Notes: generated by a model not told the origin, from the sequence alone. Counted from the stretch's first letter, positions 28,256-38,377 are shown. The stretch: DNA of 52,834 nucleotides from Fimbriimonadales bacterium (GCA_051003155.1 JBPCLO010000016.1:1-52834); one strand, 5' to 3'. Translations and numbers: made by a program.

Positions 28256-28331
28256 CCAGACTGCAGTCTTCAGACTACACGTGGCGGGCCTTCCCCGGCA
28301 ACCTGCCGACGTGGACATCAGCGCTACACTT

Positions 28332-28364
28332 CAGTCTCCAGTCTACGTCTCCAGTCTACAGTCT
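28332..28364. repeat. Short heptamer-like tandem repeats (CAGTCT[C/A]) downstream of the tRNA
   Basis: cagtctc cagtcta cgtctc cagtcta cagtct; related AGACTG/CAGTCT at 28258-28278. Confidence 0.55.
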
Positions 28365-28369
28365 TTAGA

Positions 28370-28445
28370 TGGTGGGCCCGGCAGGACTTGAACCTGCGAC
28401 CAAGCGGTTATGAGCCGCCCGCTCTGACCGCTGAGCTACGGGCCC
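28370..28445 (-). tRNA. tRNA with CAT anticodon, most likely tRNA-Ile2 (lysidine-modified)
   Basis: GGGCCCGTAGCTCAG...CTCATAA...GGTTCAAGTCC..GGGCCCACCA; resembles ileX-type tRNAs; lacks the initiator GGG/CCC anticodon stem and the C1 mismatch. Confidence 0.9.
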
Positions 28446-28499
28446 GCGTTGAAGACGCAGGATACCAAATAGCCCGCCTAACCCGTCAGAATAATAGCT

Positions 28500-29189
28500 A
28501 TGTTTCGGGGCTTTGTATTCTTAGCCGTCTGTTTGCTCGCCTTTGGCTGCGCCAAGTTCCCAGAGGGCGGAGGTGGTGTTTTCACGAAGCGCTTTCGTTT
28601 CATCATCCGCCTCGCCGCTCCCGTGAACCCTAATTACGTCTACATCGTGGCGATCAATGACGCGAACGACCTTACCGGCCAGAATGGCGGACCAATCCCC
28701 GTTGTTGCACCTCCATGGGGAAACGGGTTCGTCGCGGGCAAGGCCACCCACTTCGTCCGGTATGACGGTTTTCAGCCGAACGGAGGTTATGCGGTCTTCA
28801 AGTTCGCCGATCCCAACTTGCTTACCTATTTTCAAACGGGCATCCCGGTCAACTTTTTCACGCCCGGGCCAGAGGATGTGCGGCTCGATTTCGAGATCGA
28901 CGCGACCCAACTAAGGCCGAACCCGCGCGACGCCCTATCGATTCGAGCGTTGCAAATCAACTTGCTGACTATGGATCGGGTTCCGACAGATCCTAACGAT
29001 CCGAACCCGAAATATTGGGATGCGCTCGGCAATTCGACCGAGCCCGGCTCGATTAACGATTACATCACAATCGACGTCACGGGTCCTCGCATTTACCGGA
29101 ACTCTGACCTTCAAAACGAACCGGAAGGGGATGTCAGCGATCCGAGCCTCGACATGGTCGACTGGTCGATCGAGATTCGCACACGATGA
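28500..29189 (+). CDS. Hypothetical lipoprotein
   Basis: Lipobox LAFG-C; ATGA overlap with the next gene. Confidence 0.75.
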   Translation: MFRGFVFLAVCLLAFGCAKFPEGGGGVFTKRFRFIIRLAAPVNPNYVYIVAINDANDLTGQNGGPIPVVAPPWGNGFVAGKATHFVRYDGFQPNGGYAVFKFADPNLLTYFQTGIPVNFFTPGPEDVRLDFEIDATQLRPNPRDALSIRALQINLLTMDRVPTDPNDPNPKYWDALGNSTEPGSINDYITIDVTGPRIYRNSDLQNEPEGDVSDPSLDMVDWSIEIRTR

Positions 29190-30106
29190 GGGACCGGCCG
29201 CTCGTTAGCGTACTGTTCACTAGCTATAAGCATGAGAAATATCTACGGGAGTGTTTGGATTCGGCTCTAACGCAAACCTACGACAATCTCGAGGTGATCG
29301 TTGTCGACGACAATAGTTCGGACACTTCCCCGGAGATTTTGAAGTCTTATGGAGGCCGCATCCGCCTCGTGTTGAACGGGCAGAATCGCGGCACTTACGC
29401 GGTACTGAACCAGGCTCTCGAAATGGCCAACGGCAAGTACGCCGCAGTCCTCAACAGCGACGATATCTGGCTGCCAAGAAAGGTCGAGTTGCAGGTCGAA
29501 CTGATGGAATCCGATCCGAACATCGCGTTCTGTCACACGTTCGGCGAATTCATCGATCGTGAAGGTAACGTGATCGGGGGCAGGCCGATGGGTTTTGATT
29601 TTCCCCGAACACCAACCGGTGACCTTCTGCACCTTTTCCTTCAGCATAACCGTGCCATCGCCAGTTCGGTAATGATGAGAGTGGACCTCGCTCGCGAGAT
29701 CGGAGGATTCAACGAGAGCTACAAGAATCTTGGCGACTGGGAGATGTGGCTGAGGATGTCCGAACGCGGGAACGTCGGATTCGCAGACGAGAAGTTGACG
29801 CACTATCGCATCCACGGCGCAAACGCGATTCTACAGATGGAGACCTCCCGCAGCGAAGAGCTGAGGGTTCGAGAGGAGTTCATTGCTCGGGCCGACTCGA
29901 TGAAGTCGTCCAACCCGTTGTTGATGAAAAGATCTCTGTCCCATGCTGCCGCATGCCTGGCTACGACCTATTCAGTGGAAGGCCGGCCAGCCAAAGCCCG
30001 CCAACTCTACATCAAATCCCTGAAGCTGTATCCAGGACGGCTTAAGTCGTTGCTTCGATACTTCCTGACGTTCGCTCCGTTGGCCGTACGAAAGCGCACT
30101 CTTTAA
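29186..30106 (+). CDS. Glycosyltransferase family 2
   Basis: PLVSV..TSY, VVDDNSSD, LNSDDIW, DWEMWLR. Confidence 0.92.
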   Translation: MRDRPLVSVLFTSYKHEKYLRECLDSALTQTYDNLEVIVVDDNSSDTSPEILKSYGGRIRLVLNGQNRGTYAVLNQALEMANGKYAAVLNSDDIWLPRKVELQVELMESDPNIAFCHTFGEFIDREGNVIGGRPMGFDFPRTPTGDLLHLFLQHNRAIASSVMMRVDLAREIGGFNESYKNLGDWEMWLRMSERGNVGFADEKLTHYRIHGANAILQMETSRSEELRVREEFIARADSMKSSNPLLMKRSLSHAAACLATTYSVEGRPAKARQLYIKSLKLYPGRLKSLLRYFLTFAPLAVRKRTL

Positions 30107-31077
30107 ACGCCGAGAATCGCCCGGAATGCGTCTTCACTTGGCTGGAGCGACTTGAGATACATCTCGACCCTGCGGATCGGATAGACCATACGGTCGTACC
30201 TCATGTCCGGCAGCGAGAGGGGCGCTCTCTCGGTCAACAGCCAGCCGCTGACACGATCGGCCCAACCGATGCTATCCTCGACAAAAGGCAGTTCCACGCG
30301 CACCAAGCCGAACGCCGGCGACTCGCAGCGATCGTCGCGCAGGCGAAGATACCAGCTGTGGGCGAAGTACTGTCCGAGCGCGCCCGTCTTTGCCACGAAA
30401 ACCGAGGTTCGTTCTCCTTCTCTAAGGTTGAGCACGATTTCTGCTGCTTCCTTTTTGGCAAAGTACTGCTTACGATGCGACTTAATTACCCCGGCAATTC
30501 TAAGGTGAACCGGCGCGGCGTGGGCCGCCTGTGCGATCCCACCGTCCGCTAAAAGCCAGCCGTCGCCTTTCGAACGAACCCACTCCTCTTTCAGTTTTGA
30601 CTCCAGCAAATCCCGAACTGTACTTACCTTAGTTTTTACGCTCTCCGCCATGGCAGCCATGCCGTCGAACTCCGAGGTGTCGACCGGGCGTACGTTAAAG
30701 CCCGCGCGGGCGAGTTCGCTCAGCGCGGCGCTGTTGGGAGCAAAAAATGCAAGTTCGCTTTCCGCTCGCGAACATCGGAGCATTTCCCTGTCAATGCGGG
30801 CTAGCACTGCAGCACTCAGGTGCGCCAAGTATCCGGGGGCTTGACCGTCGAAGAAGGCCAGGCGGCTCTTTTGCGCACCATCGGTGAAATGCGTGAAGCC
30901 GCTCTCCGAGATAGTCGGCACCGGAAATGCGGCCAGTTGCTTCCCCTCCACAACCTCGGAGTCTTGCGCGGACGGTGTTCCCTCCGCGAAAATGATCTCG
31001 TCTTGGGGCTCGTACGAACGCTTGATGACTCGTACGTCGGGCATTGCCCCGAGCACCGAAGAAACGGTTTTGCCCAC
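30103..31077 (-). CDS. NurA-like (RNase H-fold) nuclease
   Basis: HFTDGAQ, LLADG, GVIKSH, SWYLRLR, GLVRVE, YPIRRVE; GTG 31077 lies 6 nt after TGcTACACT. Confidence 0.7.
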   Translation of the reverse strand: MGKTVSSVLGAMPDVRVIKRSYEPQDEIIFAEGTPSAQDSEVVEGKQLAAFPVPTISESGFTHFTDGAQKSRLAFFDGQAPGYLAHLSAAVLARIDREMLRCSRAESELAFFAPNSAALSELARAGFNVRPVDTSEFDGMAAMAESVKTKVSTVRDLLESKLKEEWVRSKGDGWLLADGGIAQAAHAAPVHLRIAGVIKSHRKQYFAKKEAAEIVLNLREGERTSVFVAKTGALGQYFAHSWYLRLRDDRCESPAFGLVRVELPFVEDSIGWADRVSGWLLTERAPLSLPDMRYDRMVYPIRRVEMYLKSLQPSEDAFRAILGV

Positions 31078-31106
31078 CGGCCGAGTGTAGCAGAGGAGGC
31101 ATAAAC

Positions 31107-31141
31107 GGAAAGATGCCCGCTCGACGAGCGGGCATCTTTCC
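31107..31141 (-). terminator. Perfect hairpin/terminator
   Basis: GGAAAGATGCCCGCTCG-a-CGAGCGGGCATCTTTCC. Confidence 0.75.
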
Positions 31142-31154
31142 ACATTACTTGCGG

Positions 31155-31916
31155 TTAGTTGTCGCCGTTGCCGCCCTTTGATTTATCCTTGTCCTTGCCT
31201 TTTCCTTTGGATTTTGTGCCTGGTTTGGACTTGTTCACTTTATCGTTTTTGGCTGTCATGGACGGACGATCTGTCTTGGTGGTTCTCTTGTTCTTGTCAG
31301 CCTTGGTCTTCCAACCGGGGCGGTCGTTACCCCAGCGGCCGTCATAGCGAGGGTCGAATGCCCCACCCACACGTCCCCAACTGCTGTCGCGTCGGTAGCC
31401 GGTCACGATATCGCGGAAGTTGCGGTTGCGGTCGCGAGAAGCCTTGTCTGCCACGTAGATGTCACGCCAGCTGAGGTCTTTGTTGCGTGCCCAATCGAGA
31501 TCAGATTTAGATCGACGCCGAAGTTGATCACGCCACAGATCTTCGGCTATGTCGCGATCCCTCATCTTGCCCCAGCTCTTGCGCATCTTGTTGAACTCGC
31601 CGGGGTGCATGCCGATTTCGTGGGCTATTTCGCCCCAACCCATGCCGCTATCGCGCATCCGGTAGATGTCGTCCATACTGCGACGGCTATTTCTTCGGAA
31701 ATACAGCGCTGAGATCAAATCGTCATCGTGCATGCCGAAGCGGCTACGGGTGTCAAGAACGACGCTCGGATCAAGGTTGAATCCTCGGCTGAGTCCTCCG
31801 ATTACTGCGGCATCGTCCCAATTGAGTCGATATCGCTGAATCAAATCGTTTATATAATCATCGGCGATGACCGGGGCGGCCAGGGCCAAAACTGCGAGAC
31901 CTAAGAGTTTCTTCAT
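31155..31916 (-). CDS. Secreted hypothetical protein with GMGWGEIAH motif and Lys-rich tail
   Basis: Signal peptide MKKLLGLAVLALAAPVIA; AGGAGG SD. Confidence 0.8.
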   Translation of the reverse strand: MKKLLGLAVLALAAPVIADDYINDLIQRYRLNWDDAAVIGGLSRGFNLDPSVVLDTRSRFGMHDDDLISALYFRRNSRRSMDDIYRMRDSGMGWGEIAHEIGMHPGEFNKMRKSWGKMRDRDIAEDLWRDQLRRRSKSDLDWARNKDLSWRDIYVADKASRDRNRNFRDIVTGYRRDSSWGRVGGAFDPRYDGRWGNDRPGWKTKADKNKRTTKTDRPSMTAKNDKVNKSKPGTKSKGKGKDKDKSKGGNGDN

Positions 31917-31951
31917 GTTGCTTACCTCCTGCGTGGGAGCTTTCTAACTCT

Positions 31952-31979
31952 TAGACACCCGAGATTGAATTCGGGTTCC
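31952..31979 (-). promoter_or_regulatory. Candidate ECF promoter GGAACC-N16-TGTCTA
   Basis: RpoE-like GAAC...GTCT geometry upstream of the secreted protein gene. Confidence 0.55.
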
Positions 31980-31984
31980 ACCGT

Positions 31985-32887
31985 TTAGATGAGCCCGAGA
32001 CTGGACATCGCGCTTCGCACTACATGTTCCTGCTCTCCGTTCAAAGGCACAATCGGCAGCCGTACCTGGCGCGTATCGAACCCGGAGAGGGCTAGCGCGT
32101 ACTTGATGGGTGACGGGCTCGTGGTGCAATAAATTGCTTTGACTAGCGGCACCAATTTCCGGTTCATGGCCGCCGCCTCGAACGGCGACTTGAAGAAGGT
32201 CTCCAGCATCTCCATGATCTGCTTGCCCGCAACATGGCTGGCTACGCTAACGACACCGATTCCGCCAACACTGAGAATCGGAAGCGTGAGGATATCGTCG
32301 CCCGAATACAATCGGAATCCCTCCGGGACAGAAGCCGCAACCTCTGCGGCTTGAGCGAGACTCCCACTCGCCTCCTTGACCGCGCAGATGTTGGGAAGGT
32401 CCTCAGCCAGTCGGACGAGCGTCGGCGTTTCGATGTTGACTGCGGTCCTTCCTTGGATGTTGTACAGCATAACCGGCAAATCCGTACTCGACGCAACGTG
32501 CTTAAAATGCTGGTAAAGGCCTTCCTGAGAAGGCTTGTTGTAATAGGGTGAAACGAGCATTATGCCGTGAGCCCCCATCTCCGTCGCGCCGCCGACCAGC
32601 TCCTTGCTGTGATGCGTATCGTTTGTGCCGGCTCCGAAAACCACCGCAGCCTTATCCCTCACGGCCCCCAGTACGACTCGCAATAACTCGAACTTCTCAT
32701 CGTCGGAAAGCGTAGGAGACTCGCCCGTTGTACCGGCGACGACTATGCCCGTATTTCGCTGTGCATCGACGAGATGGTGGGCGATTTTCTCCGCCTCCCC
32801 GTAGTTGACGTTGCCGTCTTCGTTCATCGGGGTGACCATTGCGGTCAAGAGCGGCCCCCACTCTTTCGGGGACTGGAATGCGCCCAT
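31985..32887 (-). CDS. dapA: 4-hydroxy-tetrahydrodipicolinate synthase
   Basis: TAMVTP, GTTGESPTL, PYYNKP, LYNIQGRT, VKEASG. Confidence 0.96.
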   Translation of the reverse strand: MGAFQSPKEWGPLLTAMVTPMNEDGNVNYGEAEKIAHHLVDAQRNTGIVVAGTTGESPTLSDDEKFELLRVVLGAVRDKAAVVFGAGTNDTHHSKELVGGATEMGAHGIMLVSPYYNKPSQEGLYQHFKHVASSTDLPVMLYNIQGRTAVNIETPTLVRLAEDLPNICAVKEASGSLAQAAEVAASVPEGFRLYSGDDILTLPILSVGGIGVVSVASHVAGKQIMEMLETFFKSPFEAAAMNRKLVPLVKAIYCTTSPSPIKYALALSGFDTRQVRLPIVPLNGEQEHVVRSAMSSLGLI

Positions 32888-32889
32888 CG

Positions 32890-33906
32890 TCAGACCTTAC
32901 CCTCGGCGACCAACCGCTCGGCGATCTGGATGCCGTTAAGGGCCGCGCCTTTCCTCAGCTGGTCGCCACAGGCAAAGAGGCTGATGGCGTTTGGATTGGA
33001 GTTGTCGCGACGTAAACGCCCGACGAGCACCTCATCCCGATTCGCCGCGAGCGAAGGCATCGGAAAGCAGTTGGCGGCTCGATCATCGACAAGTTCGACC
33101 CCCTGAAAGGCCTGGTAAGCCTCTCTCATCGCTTCCACCGAGGGGGCGGGTCCGTCGAACTCTACGTTCGCCGTCAGGCTATGCGCTCGCATAACCGGCA
33201 CGCGAATACAAGTCACCTCGATTCTTAGATCTGAAGAGTCAAGGGTCTTGCGCGTTTCTTGTATCACTTTCCACTCTTCGCCGTTGTAGCCTTCCGCGTT
33301 GATAGGAGTGTTGTGACTGAAAAGATTGAAGGCGATCGCATGCGGAAACACTTGCGAAACCGGCTCACGCCCTTCCACCACTGATCTGCATTGATCCAGC
33401 AATTCTTGCATAGCCCGCGCGCCGGCTCCACTCGCACTTTGATAGGTGCTTGCGACAAGCCGCTTCAGGCTACCGAAACGGCGAAGAGGCGCGACCGCCA
33501 TCATCAAGATGATCGCCGTGCAGTTGCCGACCGGAAAGATTCTATGGCAGGAACGTACGTGCTGCCAGTTGATTTCCGGGATCACGAGAGGCGACTCGGG
33601 AGACATCCTGAAGGCGCTCGAGTTATCGATCACGACGGCTCCCTTCTTAACGGCAGCAGGAGCCCATTGCAGAGACGCCTCGGAGCCAGCAGAGAAAAAT
33701 GCGATCTGCACGCCGTCGAATGACGTCTCGTTAACAGCCCATACCGGGGTGTTGACTCCCCGAAACGGAAATGACTTTCCGGAGGATCGCGGGCTCGCAA
33801 GGAGGCGGAGCGCAGATACGGGGAAATGACGCTTGGCTAGTATTTGCAGAAGCTCTTGACCGACAGCCCCCGTTGCGCCGAGTATCGCAACCTTGTATTG
33901 ACTCAC
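32890..33906 (-). CDS. asd: Aspartate-semialdehyde dehydrogenase
   Basis: GATGAVG, DNSSAFR, NCT, STYQSASGAG, RVPV..AH, DQLRKGAALN. Confidence 0.96.
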   Translation of the reverse strand: MSQYKVAILGATGAVGQELLQILAKRHFPVSALRLLASPRSSGKSFPFRGVNTPVWAVNETSFDGVQIAFFSAGSEASLQWAPAAVKKGAVVIDNSSAFRMSPESPLVIPEINWQHVRSCHRIFPVGNCTAIILMMAVAPLRRFGSLKRLVASTYQSASGAGARAMQELLDQCRSVVEGREPVSQVFPHAIAFNLFSHNTPINAEGYNGEEWKVIQETRKTLDSSDLRIEVTCIRVPVMRAHSLTANVEFDGPAPSVEAMREAYQAFQGVELVDDRAANCFPMPSLAANRDEVLVGRLRRDNSNPNAISLFACGDQLRKGAALNGIQIAERLVAEGKV

Positions 33907-33927
33907 GCGTTGCAGATTACCTGCTGT

Positions 33928-34503
33928 TTAGTGCTGAAGCGCCGCATGAACGGCCGGATGGCGCCGCAACCTTTCGACGGCCCTCGAAATACGCTTTCGA
34001 GCTTGCGCGGCGTTCAGATCACACGAATCCGCAATCTCCTGCGATGACATCTCCAGGCCGAACTTCATGTGAAGCAGTTCCCTGTCGATCATGTCGAGCG
34101 ATTTCAACGCTTCGGCTAAGGCGTCGTGCTCAGTGGTTTCCTGCGAGTCAAACGTCAGATTCGGCAAGAGATCCAAGGGCAGATCACCGGGCCTCCTGAA
34201 CGCGGTTCGCCGATGCACTCTCACGGAATTGAAAGCAAAACCAGCTACCCACGAGTCGAGGTTGCCACGCGCGGTGTCGAAATCTTCGATGTGACGCAAA
34301 ACCTCGATCGTGCAGGCTTGGGCCAGGTCCTCGGAGTCTTGTTGCGATAGCCCATATCGCCTAATCTTTCGCTGTGTCGCCTCAATTACACGGCGAGCGA
34401 GGCTCTCGGCTGCTCGGGAATTACCGGCCCTGTAGCCGTTTATCCAACCCTGTAGACTTCCGTCATGCGTCTCAACGTTCACACGCTCCCTCCCCTGGCG
34501 CAT
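33928..34503 (-). CDS. ECF-type sigma-70 factor
   Basis: Region 2 (DSEDLAQ..FDTARG.LDSW) and region 4 (SSQEIA...RKRISRA). Confidence 0.88.
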   Translation of the reverse strand: MRQGRERVNVETHDGSLQGWINGYRAGNSRAAESLARRVIEATQRKIRRYGLSQQDSEDLAQACTIEVLRHIEDFDTARGNLDSWVAGFAFNSVRVHRRTAFRRPGDLPLDLLPNLTFDSQETTEHDALAEALKSLDMIDRELLHMKFGLEMSSQEIADSCDLNAAQARKRISRAVERLRRHPAVHAALQH

Positions 34504-34591
34504 AGTGCGCTAATACTTATGGTTGGAAGCGAAACGCGGTTTTGTGACGGGAAATTAGCCCCACAAAGAAGAAGCAAGTATTAATACTTGG

Positions 34592-34981
34592 CTATTTAGA
34601 CCCTTTTACATTCAGCAGTTCGTTGACCTTCCCGAGGAGTTCGCTTCCAGTAAAGGGTTTCTGAAGAAACGGATAGCCTGGCAAGGCTCCATCGGTCGTG
34701 CGCCTACCCATCGGGTAGCCCGAGATCATAAGGACACGCGCAGCCCCGAAGTGTTCCTTAAGGTTGGTGGCGACGTCTTCTCCCGAAGCCGTGGGTAGTA
34801 CCGAATCAGCGATAAGCAAATCGATCTCATGCCCGTGCTTGTCAACGATGTCCTTTGCAGATTCTGCGTCAGATGCTAGAAAGACGCGATGGCCCACTCC
34901 GCTCAGATGACGCTCTATAACGAATCGCACTAGCGGCTCGTCCTCGACGACCAATATCGAGGAACGACCTTTATCATCCAT
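34592..34981 (-). CDS. Single-domain response regulator (receiver)
   Basis: ILVVEDE, LLIAD (phosphoacceptor), ISGY, LQKPF. Confidence 0.9.
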   Translation of the reverse strand: MDDKGRSSILVVEDEPLVRFVIERHLSGVGHRVFLASDAESAKDIVDKHGHEIDLLIADSVLPTASGEDVATNLKEHFGAARVLMISGYPMGRRTTDGALPGYPFLQKPFTGSELLGKVNELLNVKGSK

Positions 34982-35172
34982 GCTTGCTGAAATTCCTCAT
35001 TACGGGGAGTCAACCTACAACCCTAATCATACGCCGAAAGCATGGGCAAAGCGTCAGCAAAGCCGCGATTTACTATTCATCCAAATTTCATGTCCTTCTA
35101 GGCGTGAAGTCACGGACCGTACGTAATCATGAGAGCAGGCAATCGTGCCGACTCAGTATTAGGAGAATACAT

Positions 35173-36579
35173 ATGGCCGCTAAAAAACAGTTACTATCCA
35201 CACTCATCGCTCTCTGTGCTCCGTCGATCTTTGCATCGAGCCACAACGACGCTCCGATGATCCAGCAGGATCCGGTCGCCAACTTCACGGACGTTTATGC
35301 CTTTGTCGGCATGAACGGTTCAACGAAGGTACTCAACGTCATGATGGCGGTCAACCCGTTGGAAGACCCGGGCAACGGCGTCAACTATTATCGCTTTGGA
35401 GAGGACGTTCTCTATAGCCTTCACATCGCCAAGGCTAATTCGAACGGCACGTTCTCAGGAGAGCGATCGATCAACTACAACTTCCGGTTCAGCCCTAGCT
35501 ACAAGAACCTGAATACCATACTTTCTTATGGCCTAGGCACGGAAGCCGGACCCATCAACAACACGGGTGATGCTCGACAAAACTTTGTGCAGTCGTACAC
35601 GGTCACAAAGACCTTGGGCAACTCCTACAGCGGCCAAAACCTGGCGCCTGGGCAGACGCTCTGGGTTCCGCCGGTAAATGTTGGTCCGCGCACAACACCC
35701 GGGTTCTACCGCAACGGCGTCGAAATTCAAGGAGCAGTGACCAACGAGGATCTCGACGTTTACACGCGCGAGACCATTTATGGCCTGAACGATGGCAGCC
35801 GCGTTTGGTGCGGCCAGCGCGAAGATGGTTTCTACGCAGACGTCCCGGCAATCTTCGACCTGTTGGGCATCCGCGAGCCGGGAAAGGACGGCTTTAGCGG
35901 TTACAACGTCCACACTATCGCGATGCAAATCCCGGTCAGCGAGATTGTCAAAGGAGACGACGTGCCGATCGTGGGCGTCTACGCCTCCTCTTCCCGCCGC
36001 ACGGTCCGCGTTTTAAGCCCAGCGGGTGACTCAGTTCAGGTTGGTCCTTGGATACAAGTCAGCCGACTTGGAAATCCGCTGTTCAACGAAGCGGCGGTCG
36101 CGCTTAAGGACAAAGATCGATACAACAGAAGTCGCCCAACACAGGACGTAGCTGTTTTCCGTCCCTACGCGGTAACGTCCGAGCTGGCCTTCCTGATGAA
36201 CACCGTCCTCGGCACCAACTTCCAGGTAACAGACAGAACCGATCTGGTGGCGATATTCATCCCTGACCTATTGAAAGTCGACACATCGACAGCGCCGGTG
36301 CCGCTGTCCGGGCAAGCCGACTTCAACCGTCTGAGTGTGTTCGGCGGCGATACGACCTTTAGTTCCTATCAGAACATGGAGATTGCGTCGGGATGGCCGA
36401 ATGGCCGACGCTTTGGCGACGACGTCGTCGACATCGCTCTTACGGCAATCGCTAGCGGCCCGTCATACACCAAGATCACTCCCGTAAGCGACAACATGAA
36501 CGCGAACGACTCCGTTTATCACCTGACCTTCCCGTACGCCGGAACGCCATGGGGTGGGCCGACAACTTCCCTCCACTAG
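35173..36579 (+). CDS. DUF4331-domain secreted protein
   Basis: Signal peptide then ASSHNDAP, TDVYAF, GQREDGF, QVSRLGNP, GWPNGRR..DDVVDI, FPY; AGGAG SD. Confidence 0.9.
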   Translation: MAAKKQLLSTLIALCAPSIFASSHNDAPMIQQDPVANFTDVYAFVGMNGSTKVLNVMMAVNPLEDPGNGVNYYRFGEDVLYSLHIAKANSNGTFSGERSINYNFRFSPSYKNLNTILSYGLGTEAGPINNTGDARQNFVQSYTVTKTLGNSYSGQNLAPGQTLWVPPVNVGPRTTPGFYRNGVEIQGAVTNEDLDVYTRETIYGLNDGSRVWCGQREDGFYADVPAIFDLLGIREPGKDGFSGYNVHTIAMQIPVSEIVKGDDVPIVGVYASSSRRTVRVLSPAGDSVQVGPWIQVSRLGNPLFNEAAVALKDKDRYNRSRPTQDVAVFRPYAVTSELAFLMNTVLGTNFQVTDRTDLVAIFIPDLLKVDTSTAPVPLSGQADFNRLSVFGGDTTFSSYQNMEIASGWPNGRRFGDDVVDIALTAIASGPSYTKITPVSDNMNANDSVYHLTFPYAGTPWGGPTTSLH

Positions 36580-36630
36580 ACAACACAAGTCCCCCGGCCA
36601 GTGCGGGGGACAAGCATTCAAGGTGACAAA

Positions 36631-37917
36631 ATGAAACGAATTATCCTTTACTTCGCGGGAGTGGTTGCGTTAGGCTCACTTTCCGCATGCGGCAAGGTTG
36701 GCGCGAACTCCGGCGCTAAACCAACCTCCTTCACACTGACGGCCAATTCAGCAACGGATCACAAGCTCAATCGACTCAAGTCGGTTGCAGAGGCGAACCC
36801 TAAGAGCGCAAAGGCCTACAATGAACTCGGGTCGGCATTAATGCAAAAGGGGCGGGAAACGAACGAGCTGGATTGGTACGACCGGGCCAGGTCCGCATTC
36901 GAGAAGGCATCGCAGATCGACCCCAAAGACTCGGCGAGTCTGCGTAACCTCGCCTGGGCATGGACGATGTACCACGATTTCCCCGAGGCGATTAAGTACG
37001 CGAAGCGGGCCATAGCCATCGACCCGGGCGACCACTTGGCATATGGCGTGTTGGTCGATTCCAATCTGGAGCTCGGGCGGTACCCTCGAGCGGTCGAGGC
37101 TGCCCAGAAGATGGTCGATCTTAGACCGGGTCTCGCGTCGTACTCCCGTGCATCCCAGATTCGCTGGATTCACGGAGACGTCAAAGGGGCGATTTGGATG
37201 ATGCAAAGGGCATTGGAAGCCGGAGGTCCCTACGCGGAGAACTCGGCTTGGGCGAGGACACAGCTCGGCGACATGTATTTCAAGAGTGGCAACACCAGGG
37301 CTGCGGAACAGGAATACGAAGCGGTACGTGCAACGATGCCCGAATACCGCCATGCGCTCGCCGGTATGGCTAGGGTTCGCTCAACTCAAGCGAAGTTCCC
37401 CGAAGCGATTCGGCTCTGGCAGAAGGCTATGCGAGGCCGTCCCAACATCACATATGTAATCGAGCTTGGCGATTTGTACACGAAACTCGGCGAAAAGGAA
37501 AGCGCTGAACGGCAGTACGCCCGAGTGGAAGAGCTCATCGCCGAACACACGGCCCATGGAATCGGTGGAGACGAACTGATTCAGGCTATGTACTATTTGG
37601 ACCGCAACATCTCCACAGACAAGGCTCTTGAACTCGCCAGATCGGAGATCGAGCATCACACGACGGTCCAAGCGTATACGACACTCGCGTGGGCATATCA
37701 CAAGAACGGGAAGGACCAAGAGGCCACTACGGCGATCGCAAAAGCGCTCTCGATGAGGACGCAGGATGCTCTTCTGTACTACCGTGCTGCAAGAATCTAC
37801 GCGGCGGCGGGGGATGCGGGCCGAGCGAAAAAGTTTGCAAACTTCGCCGCAAGCCTGAACCCGAACTTTCACACCCTCTTAGCCGATGATGCCCGGCGCA
37901 TGGCGTTAGGTAAATAA
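36631..37917 (+). CDS. TPR-repeat lipoprotein (typical DUF4331 partner)
   Basis: Lipobox LSAC; TPR helices; LELGRY..A..A.Q.MVDLRP...SY.R. Confidence 0.88.
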   Translation: MKRIILYFAGVVALGSLSACGKVGANSGAKPTSFTLTANSATDHKLNRLKSVAEANPKSAKAYNELGSALMQKGRETNELDWYDRARSAFEKASQIDPKDSASLRNLAWAWTMYHDFPEAIKYAKRAIAIDPGDHLAYGVLVDSNLELGRYPRAVEAAQKMVDLRPGLASYSRASQIRWIHGDVKGAIWMMQRALEAGGPYAENSAWARTQLGDMYFKSGNTRAAEQEYEAVRATMPEYRHALAGMARVRSTQAKFPEAIRLWQKAMRGRPNITYVIELGDLYTKLGEKESAERQYARVEELIAEHTAHGIGGDELIQAMYYLDRNISTDKALELARSEIEHHTTVQAYTTLAWAYHKNGKDQEATTAIAKALSMRTQDALLYYRAARIYAAAGDAGRAKKFANFAASLNPNFHTLLADDARRMALGK

Positions 37918-37963
37918 GGTTCAGTCGGAGTGCGCCACGACGCGCCTCGGCTAAACTCTATTT

Positions 37964-38377
37964 GTGCACAGAATTCTTGCGGTTGCGGTTCTGCTTCCCG
38001 TTTGCATTGCTGGGTGCAACAAGCACACACTGCATCGCGACATTATCGGCGTTTGGGAGAACTCGGGCGCTCCGACTAGCACCGCGGTGGATCTGTCGGT
38101 CCGTAAAAGCGACACATGGCGTTCGACGATTCATTTCGAGCCCGATGGAAAGCTAACATGGCGGATAGAGGACGGCTCGCCTCCGGTGGAAACCTGGAGC
38201 GGCCGCTATGAAGTCGACGGACCGAGCGTTACGCTAGTCCTGACTGAACTAGACCATGTCCCCTTGACGGCGCAGCTGAACTACACTATCCGGTTGCGCG
38301 GCAAGACGTTGTCGCTGCCGGTCCCGGCCGATTGGGCGGGACCCACAGTGGAGTACACCCACAAACCCTCAGCCTAG
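37964..38377 (+). CDS. Small hypothetical lipoprotein (lipocalin-like beta fold)
   Basis: Lipobox IAG-C; IIGVW...F..DG....G.Y pattern. Confidence 0.65.
   Translation: MHRILAVAVLLPVCIAGCNKHTLHRDIIGVWENSGAPTSTAVDLSVRKSDTWRSTIHFEPDGKLTWRIEDGSPPVETWSGRYEVDGPSVTLVLTELDHVPLTAQLNYTIRLRGKTLSLPVPADWAGPTVEYTHKPSA

Noticed and set aside
28370..28445. tRNA-Met/fMet assignment, and use as a prophage/island att site
   Set aside because: Sequence features fit Ile2 better; no integrase or duplicated tRNA 3' end seen (same for tRNA-Cys)
27923..28633. 236-aa ORF across the tRNA region
   Set aside because: Spans the riboswitch and tRNA on the opposite strand; spurious
34984..35172. 63-aa N-terminal extension of the DUF4331 protein (also extensions at 17762-18076, 42969-43100 and 31078-31143)
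   Set aside because: Downstream starts have an SD or -10 and give proper signal peptides or family N-termini
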